Positions 17,170 to 26,018 of a stretch of DNA of 32,000 bases are shown in pieces. The position numbers were made by a program, and so were the translations under genes. The stretch is from Pseudoalteromonas tetraodonis. Its GTDB lineage: Bacteria; Pseudomonadota; Gammaproteobacteria; Enterobacterales; Alteromonadaceae. Within the stretch, counting starts at the first letter, position 1, and every line of letters starts with the position of its first letter. The notes under the pieces are model-generated. The model worked only from the letters and a program-made list of their open reading frames with translations. It did no database searches and was not told where the DNA came from. Where the stretch lies: NCBI RefSeq assembly GCF_002310835.1, contig NZ_CP011041.1, positions 2,820,001-2,852,000 on the forward strand, given 5' to 3'.

Positions 17170-18210
17170 TTAAGCGCTAAACTGCGTCTTATCTTGCGCT
17201 TTTGTATACGCCGCTGAGTGAGTGATAATGCCACGGTTAACTAAGCTTGTTAAACATTGATCCATGGTTTGCATGCCTTGCGACGCACCGGTTTGAATTG
17301 ATGAGTACATTTGTGCAATTTTATCTTCACGGATTAAGTTACGAATAGCAGGCGTTGCCAACATGATTTCGTGTGCAGCCACTCGCCCTCCCCCTACTTT
17401 TTTTATCAGTGTTTGCGAAATAACTGCACGTAATGACTCAGAGAGCATAGAGCGGATCATATCTTTTTCTTCGCCAGGGAATACATCAATAATACGGTCA
17501 ATGGTTTTAGGTGCAGAGGTCGTATGCAAAGTACCAAACACCAAGTGACCGGTTTCCGCAGCGGTCATAGCAAGGCGAATAGTTTCTAAATCTCGTAACT
17601 CACCCACTAAAATAACATCAGGGTCTTCACGGAGTGCGCTGCGTAGTGCGTTAGAAAAGCTATGTGTATCACGATGAACTTCCCGCTGATTAATTAAGCT
17701 GAGTTTATTATCGTGAACAAATTCGATAGGATCTTCGATGGTCAGCACATGATGGTGCTTGGTCTGATTAATGTAATCGACCATCGCCGCAAGCGTGGTC
17801 GACTTACCTGAACCTGTAGGGCCCGTGACTAACACTAGGCCTCGAGGGTTATCTGAAATTTGTTTAAATATTTCAGGTGCGCCTAAATCTTCAAGAGTGA
17901 GTACGTCACTCGGGATAGTACGAAACACAGCAGCAGGGCCACGATTAGAGTTAAAGGCATTTACACGAAAACGTGCTAAATTAGGGACTTCAAAAGAAAA
18001 ATCCACTTCGAGATTTTGTTCATAGTCCTTACGCTGGTTATCGTTCATAATGTCATAAACCAGACTGCTGACTTCTTTATCTCCAAGTGCTGGTATATTA
18101 ATACGTCGCACATCGCCATCAACACGTATCATAGGTGATACCCCTGATGATAAGTGCAAATCTGATGCTTTATGTTGCACACTAAATGCCAATAATTCGG
18201 TGATATCCAT
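17170..18210 (-). CDS. pilT: Type IV pilus twitching-motility ATPase PilT
   Basis: 346 aa. N-terminus MDITELLAFSVQHKASDLHLSSGVSPMIRVDGDVRRI is almost identical to P. aeruginosa PilT as I recall it. Walker A GPTGSGKST. AIRNLIRE motif. GGAG SD. Confidence 0.92.
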   Translation of the reverse strand: MDITELLAFSVQHKASDLHLSSGVSPMIRVDGDVRRINIPALGDKEVSSLVYDIMNDNQRKDYEQNLEVDFSFEVPNLARFRVNAFNSNRGPAAVFRTIPSDVLTLEDLGAPEIFKQISDNPRGLVLVTGPTGSGKSTTLAAMVDYINQTKHHHVLTIEDPIEFVHDNKLSLINQREVHRDTHSFSNALRSALREDPDVILVGELRDLETIRLAMTAAETGHLVFGTLHTTSAPKTIDRIIDVFPGEEKDMIRSMLSESLRAVISQTLIKKVGGGRVAAHEIMLATPAIRNLIREDKIAQMYSSIQTGASQGMQTMDQCLTSLVNRGIITHSAAYTKAQDKTQFSA

Positions 18211-18239
18211 TTATGACTCCACAACTAACTGATAAATAT

Positions 18240-18926
18240 ATGGTTACAATAGCAGAACGACTCACATCCGCCTACGCTAGAATTGCAGAGGCAGCGCACA
18301 AAGCACAACGTAATAGTAACGATATTACGTTACTTGCAGTATCTAAAACCAAACCCGCTACTGATATTATGGCAGCTTATGAGCAAGGGCAACGTCAATT
18401 TGGTGAATCTTATGTTCAAGAGGCTGTAGATAAAATAGCGCAACTAGACACATTTAGCGATATTGTTTGGCATTTCATTGGCCCTATTCAGTCAAATAAA
18501 AGTGCTTTAGTGGCTGCCAATTTTGCTTGGGTGCAAAGTGTAGACAGACTTAAAATAGCCAAGCGATTAAACAGTCAACGCCCTGAGACAATGCCGCCAC
18601 TTAATGTACTTATTCAAGTGAATATTAGCGAAGAAGAAGCAAAGTCTGGTTGTCACCCAAATGAAATCGCTGAGCTGGCGCAATATATAGATCAATGTGC
18701 CCATTTAAAGCTGCGCGGACTGATGGCTATTCCCGCTAAAAGTGACGATGCAAACACGCAAATTCAATATTTTGAGCAATTACAAACTTGCTTTGATAAA
18801 CTACAGACCCAATATCCTCATATAGATACGTTGTCGATGGGGATGAGTAACGATGTAGAAGCTGCCATAGCGGCAGGTTCAACCATGGTGAGGATCGGCA
18901 CAGATATTTTTGGAACACGAACTTAA
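18240..18926 (+). CDS. yggS: PLP-binding homeostasis protein YggS (COG0325)
   Basis: The track ORF starts at 18213, but that ATG is the complement of the pilT SD. ATG 18240 leaves exactly 30 aa before LLAVSKTKP (PLP lysine), as in E. coli YggS. C-terminal LSMGMS.D...AI..GST.VRIGT.IFG. Confidence 0.9.
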   Translation: MVTIAERLTSAYARIAEAAHKAQRNSNDITLLAVSKTKPATDIMAAYEQGQRQFGESYVQEAVDKIAQLDTFSDIVWHFIGPIQSNKSALVAANFAWVQSVDRLKIAKRLNSQRPETMPPLNVLIQVNISEEEAKSGCHPNEIAELAQYIDQCAHLKLRGLMAIPAKSDDANTQIQYFEQLQTCFDKLQTQYPHIDTLSMGMSNDVEAAIAAGSTMVRIGTDIFGTRT

Positions 18927-18943
18927 AAGGTGATAACAGACAT

Positions 18944-19765
18944 ATGTCAGATAAAAAAATCGCATTTATAGGCACAGGTAATATGAGCTACGCCATCATT
19001 GGTGGCATGGTAAAAAACGGCTTTAACGCAAATAATATTATTGCGACTAACCGCAACCAAGAAAAACTAGCTAAGGTAGCTGCCGATTTCAAAGTGCAAA
19101 CCACCAGTGACAATAACGAAGCTATGCGCGATGCCGATGTCATTGTTTTGTCTGTTAAACCACAAATGATGGGCGATTTATGCCAATCATTTCAAGATTC
19201 AGGTGTCGACTTTAGCGATAAATTATTTATCTCAGTCGCGGCAGGCTTAACCGTTAAGCGCTTACGTGAAATGCTTGGTCAAGATGTAAAAATGGTACGT
19301 TGTATGCCAAATACGCCATCATTACTTGGTCGTGGTGTATCGGGCTTGTATGGCGCTGGCGAAACGCAAAGCGAACATGAGTTTGTACAGCAAGTATTTG
19401 AGTGTACCGGCATCGTTGTATGGGTTGAAAAAGAGTCGCAAATAAACGATGTGATTGCTGTTACCGGCTCTTCACCGGCTTACTTTTTCTTATTTATGGA
19501 AGCCATTGAAGAAAAAGCCAAAGCGCTTGGGTTTAGTGATGAAGACGCACGCCGCTTAGTGCAGCAAACCGCCCTTGGCGCAGCTGAAATGGCACTTAGC
19601 CAAACTGATATTAGCATTTCACAATTACGTTCAAATGTGACATCAAAAGGCGGTACCACGCATGCAGCCGTTGAGCATTTAAAAGCACAAGGTTTAACTA
19701 AAACCGTAGGCGATGCAATGGATGCGTGTATTGCGCGTGCAGTGCAAATGGAACAAGAACTTTAA
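18944..19765 (+). CDS. proC: Pyrroline-5-carboxylate reductase
   Basis: 273 aa. Rossmann motif IAFIGTGNMSYAIIGG, then VKPQ, R.MPNTP, and the C-terminal VTSKGGTT motif. Confidence 0.9.
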   Translation: MSDKKIAFIGTGNMSYAIIGGMVKNGFNANNIIATNRNQEKLAKVAADFKVQTTSDNNEAMRDADVIVLSVKPQMMGDLCQSFQDSGVDFSDKLFISVAAGLTVKRLREMLGQDVKMVRCMPNTPSLLGRGVSGLYGAGETQSEHEFVQQVFECTGIVVWVEKESQINDVIAVTGSSPAYFFLFMEAIEEKAKALGFSDEDARRLVQQTALGAAEMALSQTDISISQLRSNVTSKGGTTHAAVEHLKAQGLTKTVGDAMDACIARAVQMEQEL

Positions 19766-19791
19766 AACCATTTTTTATTGAAGGTTATACT

Positions 19792-20325
19792 ATGAATGCC
19801 ATGCAATTTTTAATTAGCACCTTGTTTGATCTATTTTTAATGGTGGTACTACTGCGTTTTTGGCTACAGTGGGCAAAAGCCGACTTTTACAACCCAATGA
19901 GCCAATTTGTGGTCAAAGCCACTTCGTTTGCAGTTAACCCGCTGCGAAAAATCATTCCAGGGCTAGGCGGGCTTGATTTAGCCTCTTTGTTGCTGGCATT
20001 TATAGTGGCTGCGGCAAAAATAAGTACCCTAATGTGGCTGATTTATAGCTCTTGGGCTATTCAGCCTGTGCTTATACAGGCGCTAATAACTGTTTTAAAA
20101 GAAGGTTTAAACTTAGTTTTTTGGGTATTAATTATCCGCGCTATTTTAAGCTGGGTAAGCCAAGGCTATAACCCAATTGAAGCGGTATTCCATCAGCTTA
20201 CTGAGCCAATGTTAAAGCCCATCCGTAAAATTTTACCGCCATTAGGGGGATTAGATTTATCGGTACTGGTACTAATCATCGGCATTCAGTTTTTACAAAT
20301 GCTGCTAATGGACCTTTTAGCTTAA
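19792..20325 (+). CDS. yggT: YggT family inner-membrane protein
   Basis: Start moved to ATG 19792 (GAAGG SD 7 nt upstream). This gives MNAMQFLISTLFDLFLMVVLLRFWLQW, colinear with E. coli YggT MNTLTFLLSTVIELYTMVLLLRIWMQW. Two YGGT repeats (P.R..IP..GGLD.S). Confidence 0.85.
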   Translation: MNAMQFLISTLFDLFLMVVLLRFWLQWAKADFYNPMSQFVVKATSFAVNPLRKIIPGLGGLDLASLLLAFIVAAAKISTLMWLIYSSWAIQPVLIQALITVLKEGLNLVFWVLIIRAILSWVSQGYNPIEAVFHQLTEPMLKPIRKILPPLGGLDLSVLVLIIGIQFLQMLLMDLLA

Positions 20326-20340
20326 GCATAACGTAATATA

Positions 20341-20365
20341 AAAGAGGCCTAGTGCCTCTTTTTTA
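20341..20365 (+). terminator. Rho-independent terminator after yggT
   Basis: AGAGGC (20343-20348), loop CTAGT, GCCTCT (20354-20359), followed by TTTTT. Confidence 0.8.
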
Positions 20366-20383
20366 CATACTCAGGAGTTAACC

Positions 20384-20827
20384 ATGCAACGTTTAATAAA
20401 GTTTTGTTTTATTGCTTGTCTCGCTTTAGCATTTAATGCGCACAGCGCACAAGAAAAAGGCGCTCAATATAAAGAACTAGGCCCTTGGCAAGTTCATTAC
20501 ATAGCCTTTCCATCAACGTTTATTCAGCCACAAATAGCCAAAACATATGGCTTGGAACGCAGTGGCTACAAAGGTATTGTTAATATTTCCATCTTAAAAA
20601 ATGATACTGATAAAACAGCGCAAAAAGCGACATTACAAGGCACCGCTAGAAATTTATTAGGCAATAAACAAAGCCTCAACTTTAAAGAAGTCGTTGAAGG
20701 CGATTCTGTTTATTACCTAGCACAAGTAGATTACACCAACGAAGAAATTTTACGTTTTGAAATTGAAATCCAACAAGGTAACCAGTTCCAAACATTAAAA
20801 TTTCAGCAAAAATTTTACGTAGATTAA
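20384..20827 (+). CDS. DUF4426 domain-containing periplasmic protein
   Basis: 147 aa. Signal peptide [22 protein letters not shown]|QE. AGGAG SD. Lies immediately upstream of rdgB, as the DUF4426 gene does in pseudomonads (my recollection). Confidence 0.7.
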   Translation: MQRLIKFCFIACLALAFNAHSAQEKGAQYKELGPWQVHYIAFPSTFIQPQIAKTYGLERSGYKGIVNISILKNDTDKTAQKATLQGTARNLLGNKQSLNFKEVVEGDSVYYLAQVDYTNEEILRFEIEIQQGNQFQTLKFQQKFYVD

Positions 20828-20829
20828 AT

Positions 20830-21429
20830 ATGACCAACACCTTAGTACTTGCAACCGGCAATCCCGGAAAAGTAAATGAGCTGGCTAACATGCTCAGCTC
20901 GCTTAACATTAATGTAGTACCACAAAGCGACTTTAATGTCAGTGACGTGGCCGAAACAGGCACCACGTTTGTAGAAAACGCGATAATTAAGGCACGTCAT
21001 GCAGCTAAAATAACTGGATTACCGGCTATTGCTGATGATTCGGGATTAGAAGTTGATAGCTTAAATGGCGCACCCGGCGTTTACTCTGCCCGCTTTGCAG
21101 GTAAAGGCGCAAGTGATCAAGATAATATCGATAAATTACTGGCTGATTTAGGCGATAACCCTAACCGCCGTGCTCGTTTTTGGTGTGTATTGGTACTGAT
21201 GCGTCACGCCGACGACCCTACCCCACTTATTTGCAGTGCTAGCTGGGAGGGCGAAATTACCCTTAGCCAACACGGTGAAGGTGGCTTTGGCTACGATCCT
21301 ATCTTTTTTGTGCCATCAGAAAATTGCACCAGTGCAGAGCTGACAAAAGCGCAAAAAAATGCACTGAGTCATCGTGGGCAAGCACTTAAAATGTTACTGC
21401 AAGAGCTACAACACAAAGGCGGCCTGTGA
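20830..21429 (+). CDS. rdgB: dITP/XTP pyrophosphatase (non-canonical purine NTP pyrophosphatase)
   Basis: 199 aa. LATGN.GK..E, ETG.TF.ENA..KA, ADDSGL.VD.L.GAPG.YSAR, FGYDP.F and SHRG motifs. Confidence 0.9.
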   Translation: MTNTLVLATGNPGKVNELANMLSSLNINVVPQSDFNVSDVAETGTTFVENAIIKARHAAKITGLPAIADDSGLEVDSLNGAPGVYSARFAGKGASDQDNIDKLLADLGDNPNRRARFWCVLVLMRHADDPTPLICSASWEGEITLSQHGEGGFGYDPIFFVPSENCTSAELTKAQKNALSHRGQALKMLLQELQHKGGL

Positions 21430-22562
21430 ACCTTCCTCCACTTAGTTTATATGTGCATGTGCCATGGTGCGTGCAAAAATGCCCGTACTGCGATTTTAAT
21501 AGCCACGGGCAAAAAGGTGACATCCCTGAAGCTGAGTATGTACAGCATTTAATCGACGATTTAAAAGCTGATTTACACTTAGTACAAGAGCGTAAAATTC
21601 ACAGTATTTTTATAGGTGGCGGCACACCAAGTCTATTAACCGGCGCGGCATACACCCGTTTACTCAAGGAAGTAGATAGCCTAATTGGCTTAAGCGATAA
21701 CTGTGAAATAACCCTTGAAGCAAATCCCGGCACAGTCGAAACGGGCCGTTTTAAAGATTATGTAAAAGCAGGCATTAACCGTATCTCTATCGGCGTGCAA
21801 AGCATGCAGAACGATAAGTTAAAAGCCCTAGGTCGAATTCATGGTGCCGATGAAGCCAGTTATGCTGCACAGCAAGCCAGTGAAGCAGGGTTAAATAGCT
21901 TTAACCTTGACTTAATGCATGGCTTACCAGGGCAGTCTCTTGATGATGCACTGAGTGATTTAAAACAAATTATTGCGCTCAATCCACCGCATATTTCTTG
22001 GTATCAGCTCACCATTGAGCCAAATACGCAATTTGCTTCAAAACCGCCGACTTTGCCACAAGATGAAACCTTATGGGATATTCAAGAGCAAGGCCAAGCA
22101 TTATTAGCACAAGCTGGCTATCAGCAATATGAAATATCAGGGTATGCAAAACCTGGCTATCAATGCCAACATAACTTGAATTATTGGCGGTTTGGCGATT
22201 ATCTTGGCATTGGCTGCGGCGCTCATGGTAAGGTTACTGATGCGAAAACGGGGGTGATAACACGCACTGAAAAGGTAAAACACCCTCGGGGCTATATGGA
22301 TATTATTAAACCCTACTTGTACAAAAGCTGGCAAGTAGAGCAAGACGACTTAGCGTTTGAATTTTTTATGAATCGCTTTCGTTTAATAGAGCCATGCCCT
22401 ATAAATGATTTTAATGCGCTGACGCAGCAACCACTGCAAAGCCAACAGCATGCACTAGATAAAGCCATTAATGCCGGTTTACTAACAAAAACAGACAGCC
22501 ACTGGCACGTTACACTCCAAGGGCAACGTTTTTTAAATGATCTACTTGCGTTATTTGTTTAG
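21426..22562 (+). CDS. hemW: Radical SAM heme chaperone HemW (YggW)
   Basis: 378 aa. GTG start overlaps the rdgB stop (GTGA). [25 protein letters not shown] contains the CxxxCxxC radical-SAM cluster motif and matches the E. coli HemW N-terminus. Confidence 0.9.
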   Translation: MNLPPLSLYVHVPWCVQKCPYCDFNSHGQKGDIPEAEYVQHLIDDLKADLHLVQERKIHSIFIGGGTPSLLTGAAYTRLLKEVDSLIGLSDNCEITLEANPGTVETGRFKDYVKAGINRISIGVQSMQNDKLKALGRIHGADEASYAAQQASEAGLNSFNLDLMHGLPGQSLDDALSDLKQIIALNPPHISWYQLTIEPNTQFASKPPTLPQDETLWDIQEQGQALLAQAGYQQYEISGYAKPGYQCQHNLNYWRFGDYLGIGCGAHGKVTDAKTGVITRTEKVKHPRGYMDIIKPYLYKSWQVEQDDLAFEFFMNRFRLIEPCPINDFNALTQQPLQSQQHALDKAINAGLLTKTDSHWHVTLQGQRFLNDLLALFV

Positions 22563-22599
22563 TGACAATAATAGGTTTCTAACAACAAAAGGGAAACGA

Positions 22600-24432
22600 A
22601 TGCGTAAACTTACTCTAATTGCTGCCACCATTAGTGTGGCACTGCTTGCAGGTTGCCAACAAGCAACACAACAATCAACGCCTGCACCTGCGGTTCAAGC
22701 TCAACCTGTTCAAAGTGAAATTGACAAAGCGAATGCTTTTTTTGAAGACACTTTTAATCGTGATGTCATGAGCAGCCCGGTTTATCAAACCTACATGGGC
22801 ATCAAAAAAGATTACGATAAATGGGATGACAACAGCGAAGAAAAAGCCCTTAAAGACTTGGCACAAGCTAAAGCCGATTTGGTCACACTCAACAGCATTA
22901 ATCGTGCGCAATTAGATACAGCAACCCAAGTAAGTTATGATTTAAAAAAACAAGATTTAGAAGCCAGCATTGCTGATTTCAAATGGCGTTACCACAACTA
23001 CCCTGTAAACCAAATGTTTGGTACGCACTCTATGGTGCCGGCTTTTTTAATCAACCAGCATCAAATTAGCAACGTAAAAGAAGCCAACGATTACATTGCT
23101 CGTTTAAATGGGGTACCGGGTGTATTTGATCAGCTTATTACTGGCTTAGAAATTCGCGCCGATAAAAACATCATCGCGCCTAAATTTGTATTCCCACACG
23201 TCATTGATTCAAGCAAAAACATCATTAAAGGTGCGCCGTTTGAACAAGGTGAAGATTCTACGCTTTTAGCTGACTTTAAACGCAAAGTTAATGCCTTAGA
23301 AATAGACCAAGCTGAAAAAGATGCACTTATTAGTAAAGCGACTGAAGCATTAAAAACAGCGGTTAAACCTGCTTACTCTAAGTTAATTAACTACATTGCA
23401 CAGTTAGAAAAACGTGCTGATGACCGTGACGGTGCTTGGAAATTCCCTAATGGCGAAGCGTTTTACAATAACGCACTGAAACGCACCACCACGACAGACC
23501 TTACAGCAAAAGAGATTCATGCCATTGGCCTTGCTGAAGTATCACGTATTCATGATGAAATGCGTGCCATTAAAGATAAAGTCGGTTTTGAGGGCGACTT
23601 AAACGCCTTTATGCAGTTTATGAAAACCGACAAGCAATTTTATTTAGCTAACACTGAAGCAGGTAAAGCACAGTACCTAAGTGAAGCTAAAGGCTTAATT
23701 GATAACATGAAAACACGCTTAGATGAGCTGTTTATTGTAAAACCAAAAGCCGACATGATTGTAAAACGTGTTGAAGCATTCCGTGAAAAAGCGGCAGGTA
23801 AAGCGTTTTATCAACAACCTGCGCCAGATGGTTCTCGCCCAGGTATTTACTACGCCAACCTATACGACATGGAAGCAATGCCTACTTACCAAATGGAAGC
23901 CTTGGCTTATCATGAGGGGATTCCAGGTCACCATATGCAAATTGCCATTTCACAAGAACTTGAAGGTGTACCTAAGTTCCGTAAATTTGGTGGTTACACA
24001 GCCTACATTGAAGGCTGGGGGTTATACTCAGAATTACTACCAAAAGAAATGGGCCTTTACGAAGACCCGTATTCAGATTTTGGTCGCTTAGCCATGGAAT
24101 TATGGCGTGCATGTCGTTTAGTGGTTGATACCGGTATTCACGCAATGAAGTGGACTCGTCAAGAAGGTATTGATTACTACGTTAACAACACCCCTAACGC
24201 CACTTCTGACGGTGTGAAAATGGTTGAGCGTCATATTGTAATGCCATCTCAAGCAACGGCTTACAAAGTAGGTATGCTGAAAATTTTAGAACTACGTGAA
24301 GATGCTAAAATGCAACTTGGCGATAAGTTTGATATCCGCCAGTTCCACGATGTAGTGCTTAAAAATGGCCCTGTACCATTAAACGTACTAGAAAACTTCG
24401 TTAATGAGTGGATTGCCAGCAAACAAGCTTAA
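22600..24432 (+). CDS. DUF885 family lipoprotein (putative metallopeptidase-like)
   Basis: Start moved to ATG 22600 (AAGGGA SD). This gives the lipoprotein signal MRKLTLIAATISVALLAGC with a LAGC lipobox. Has the conserved DUF885 motif YHEGIPGHHMQ. ~611 aa. Confidence 0.75.
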   Translation: MRKLTLIAATISVALLAGCQQATQQSTPAPAVQAQPVQSEIDKANAFFEDTFNRDVMSSPVYQTYMGIKKDYDKWDDNSEEKALKDLAQAKADLVTLNSINRAQLDTATQVSYDLKKQDLEASIADFKWRYHNYPVNQMFGTHSMVPAFLINQHQISNVKEANDYIARLNGVPGVFDQLITGLEIRADKNIIAPKFVFPHVIDSSKNIIKGAPFEQGEDSTLLADFKRKVNALEIDQAEKDALISKATEALKTAVKPAYSKLINYIAQLEKRADDRDGAWKFPNGEAFYNNALKRTTTTDLTAKEIHAIGLAEVSRIHDEMRAIKDKVGFEGDLNAFMQFMKTDKQFYLANTEAGKAQYLSEAKGLIDNMKTRLDELFIVKPKADMIVKRVEAFREKAAGKAFYQQPAPDGSRPGIYYANLYDMEAMPTYQMEALAYHEGIPGHHMQIAISQELEGVPKFRKFGGYTAYIEGWGLYSELLPKEMGLYEDPYSDFGRLAMELWRACRLVVDTGIHAMKWTRQEGIDYYVNNTPNATSDGVKMVERHIVMPSQATAYKVGMLKILELREDAKMQLGDKFDIRQFHDVVLKNGPVPLNVLENFVNEWIASKQA

Positions 24433-24458
24433 TTTTTAAGTATTTACTTAAAGGTATA

Positions 24459-24486
24459 AAAGGTCGCAATTGCGGCCTTTTGTTTT
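24459..24486 (+). terminator. Rho-independent terminator after the DUF885 gene
   Basis: AAGGTCGC (24460-24467), loop AATT, GCGGCCTT (24472-24479, one G-U pair), followed by TTTTGTTTT. Confidence 0.75.
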
Positions 24487-24536
24487 ATAAAGCAAAAAAT
24501 TAAGCTAGGATAAAGTTGGAATTCAAGGAGAACAGA

Positions 24537-25196
24537 ATGGATCTAAGCATACAGCTACTCAATGCGCGTATTAAACAACAGCAGTTTGATGAGCTAGATA
24601 ACGATTTTAAAAAGCTCACTGAGGCACAGCAAGTAATACAGCTTAATTACCTGTTTGAAAGTGCGCTACGCATGAGTATTAAATACGATTTTATGCAAAA
24701 CATCGCCGTGCGTATTTTAACCACCAATACGCCACCAGCGCCGTTTATTGAAAAACTAACCAGTTTAGACGCGCTGAGTTTTTTTACGCCTGCACTTAAA
24801 TTAAATAAGGGATTTATTAGTACAGACGACTCTGGCAATAACGCCCTGCATAATGTATTTAAGCAAGCAATGCCCACACAACTGCCTTTTAACTATGTTC
24901 GCTCGTTAATGTTATTTGAATCTAACGAAGAGTTACTACATGCATTAGCACATACAAATAAGCAAGGGCTCACTCCGGTTGCCAGTTACATCGCCTATGC
25001 ACATAAGCCAAACATTCCGGTAAAACATGAATTTTCGGCCTTGCTCGCATTAATGGAAATAGAGCAAAAACAAAATCCTGCAGCAAAATTACAAATACTT
25101 GAGGCATTAAAAAATAATCCCCCAAGCGAGATAACCTTGCTACTGAGCGCCGCTTATTTACAGCGCTCTACTGAACAAGTGGCGGCTCTAATCTGA
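24537..25196 (+). CDS. Hypothetical protein with two degenerate ankyrin-like repeats
   Basis: Start moved from TTG 24516 to ATG 24537, which has AAGGAG 6 nt upstream. 219 aa with no signal peptide. DDSGNNALHNVFKQ and NKQGLTPVASYIAYAH resemble ankyrin-repeat cores (D..G.TALH.A / G.TPL..A), but the match is weak. Confidence 0.55.
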   Translation: MDLSIQLLNARIKQQQFDELDNDFKKLTEAQQVIQLNYLFESALRMSIKYDFMQNIAVRILTTNTPPAPFIEKLTSLDALSFFTPALKLNKGFISTDDSGNNALHNVFKQAMPTQLPFNYVRSLMLFESNEELLHALAHTNKQGLTPVASYIAYAHKPNIPVKHEFSALLALMEIEQKQNPAAKLQILEALKNNPPSEITLLLSAAYLQRSTEQVAALI

Positions 25197-25904
25197 TAAG
25201 TAATATTCTACGCTGGTAACAACACGTACGTTTTTAATTTGCGGCGTGTTTGAATCCCGATCGCTAATGCTAAACTGCCCTTGGCGAGCGGTTTTAATTT
25301 TACCTAAGCGTGAATTTGAATCTTTAGCAAACTTATCTGCCACTTCACGGGCTTTTTCTGTGGCTTCTTGCACCATGGCTGGTTTTATATCGTTAAGCCC
25401 AGTAAAAATATACTCAATACGGGTTTGATAGTTGTCTTGCACAATAGCTATATTTTGTTTAGCTAACTGACTCACTTTGCTCAGTGCGTTTTTAACTTTA
25501 TCAGGAGCATTGGAGTAAACAATAATATTTGAGCTAATAACATACCTAAACTTTTGGTTATCATTCGCGTATTCACGGGCTTGCTTATCAATAATAGATT
25601 GAGTACCTGTCGATATTTCTTGATCATCAAAGCCGTGTAACTTTAAAAAAGCAATCACCGCATCATTTTTTTGCTCAACTCGCTCAACAAGCTTTTCAAG
25701 ATTGTTGTCGGCATCGTTAAACTGCAAAGGCCAAATAACGGTATCTGCCACAACTTCACGTTCAGCTAACCCTTTTACCTGCACCGTGCGCTCCATCCCT
25801 TTAATATCAAGCGCAGCCCCTTTTATAATAAAACCCAATGCAATTAGGCCAATGCTTAAACACGCTGCTGCCATAAAAACGGTTACATTCGATATTTTAT
25901 TCAC
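25188..25904 (-). CDS. SIMPL / DUF541 family protein, membrane-anchored or secreted
   Basis: The track ORF starts at TTG 25928. I prefer GTG 25904, preceded by AAGGAG plus a 6-nt spacer; ATG 25874 is another option. N-terminal hydrophobic segment VFMAAACLSIGLIALGFII. SIMPL-like core (RTVQVKGLAEREVVADTVIWPLQF ... VRVVTSVEYYL). The 3' end overlaps the convergent upstream ORF by 9 nt. Confidence 0.7.
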   Translation of the reverse strand: MNKISNVTVFMAAACLSIGLIALGFIIKGAALDIKGMERTVQVKGLAEREVVADTVIWPLQFNDADNNLEKLVERVEQKNDAVIAFLKLHGFDDQEISTGTQSIIDKQAREYANDNQKFRYVISSNIIVYSNAPDKVKNALSKVSQLAKQNIAIVQDNYQTRIEYIFTGLNDIKPAMVQEATEKAREVADKFAKDSNSRLGKIKTARQGQFSISDRDSNTPQIKNVRVVTSVEYYLSD

Positions 25905-26018
25905 CTTAGTCTCCTTGACCGATATCAATAATAAGCACGTTCACGCTCGAAAAAACACTATAAACAGGTTACATTGAGAAGGTATAGATAGCAAAACTTA
26001 ATCAGCCAAGGAAACGCA

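Noticed and set aside
16024-18210. pilU-pilT considered as part of a novel secretion or pilus-related system.
   Set aside because: This is the canonical twitching-motility retraction ATPase pair in its usual position next to yggS-proC-yggT, with no additional unusual partners.
18736-18975. 79-aa minus-strand ORF spanning the yggS/proC junction. A 64-aa minus ORF at 29496-29690 similarly spans the Kv/GGDEF-EAL junction, and a 69-aa minus ORF at 25958-26167 overlaps the pat start.
   Set aside because: Each mostly overlaps a confident CDS on the other strand. None has a ribosome-binding site or a recognisable motif.
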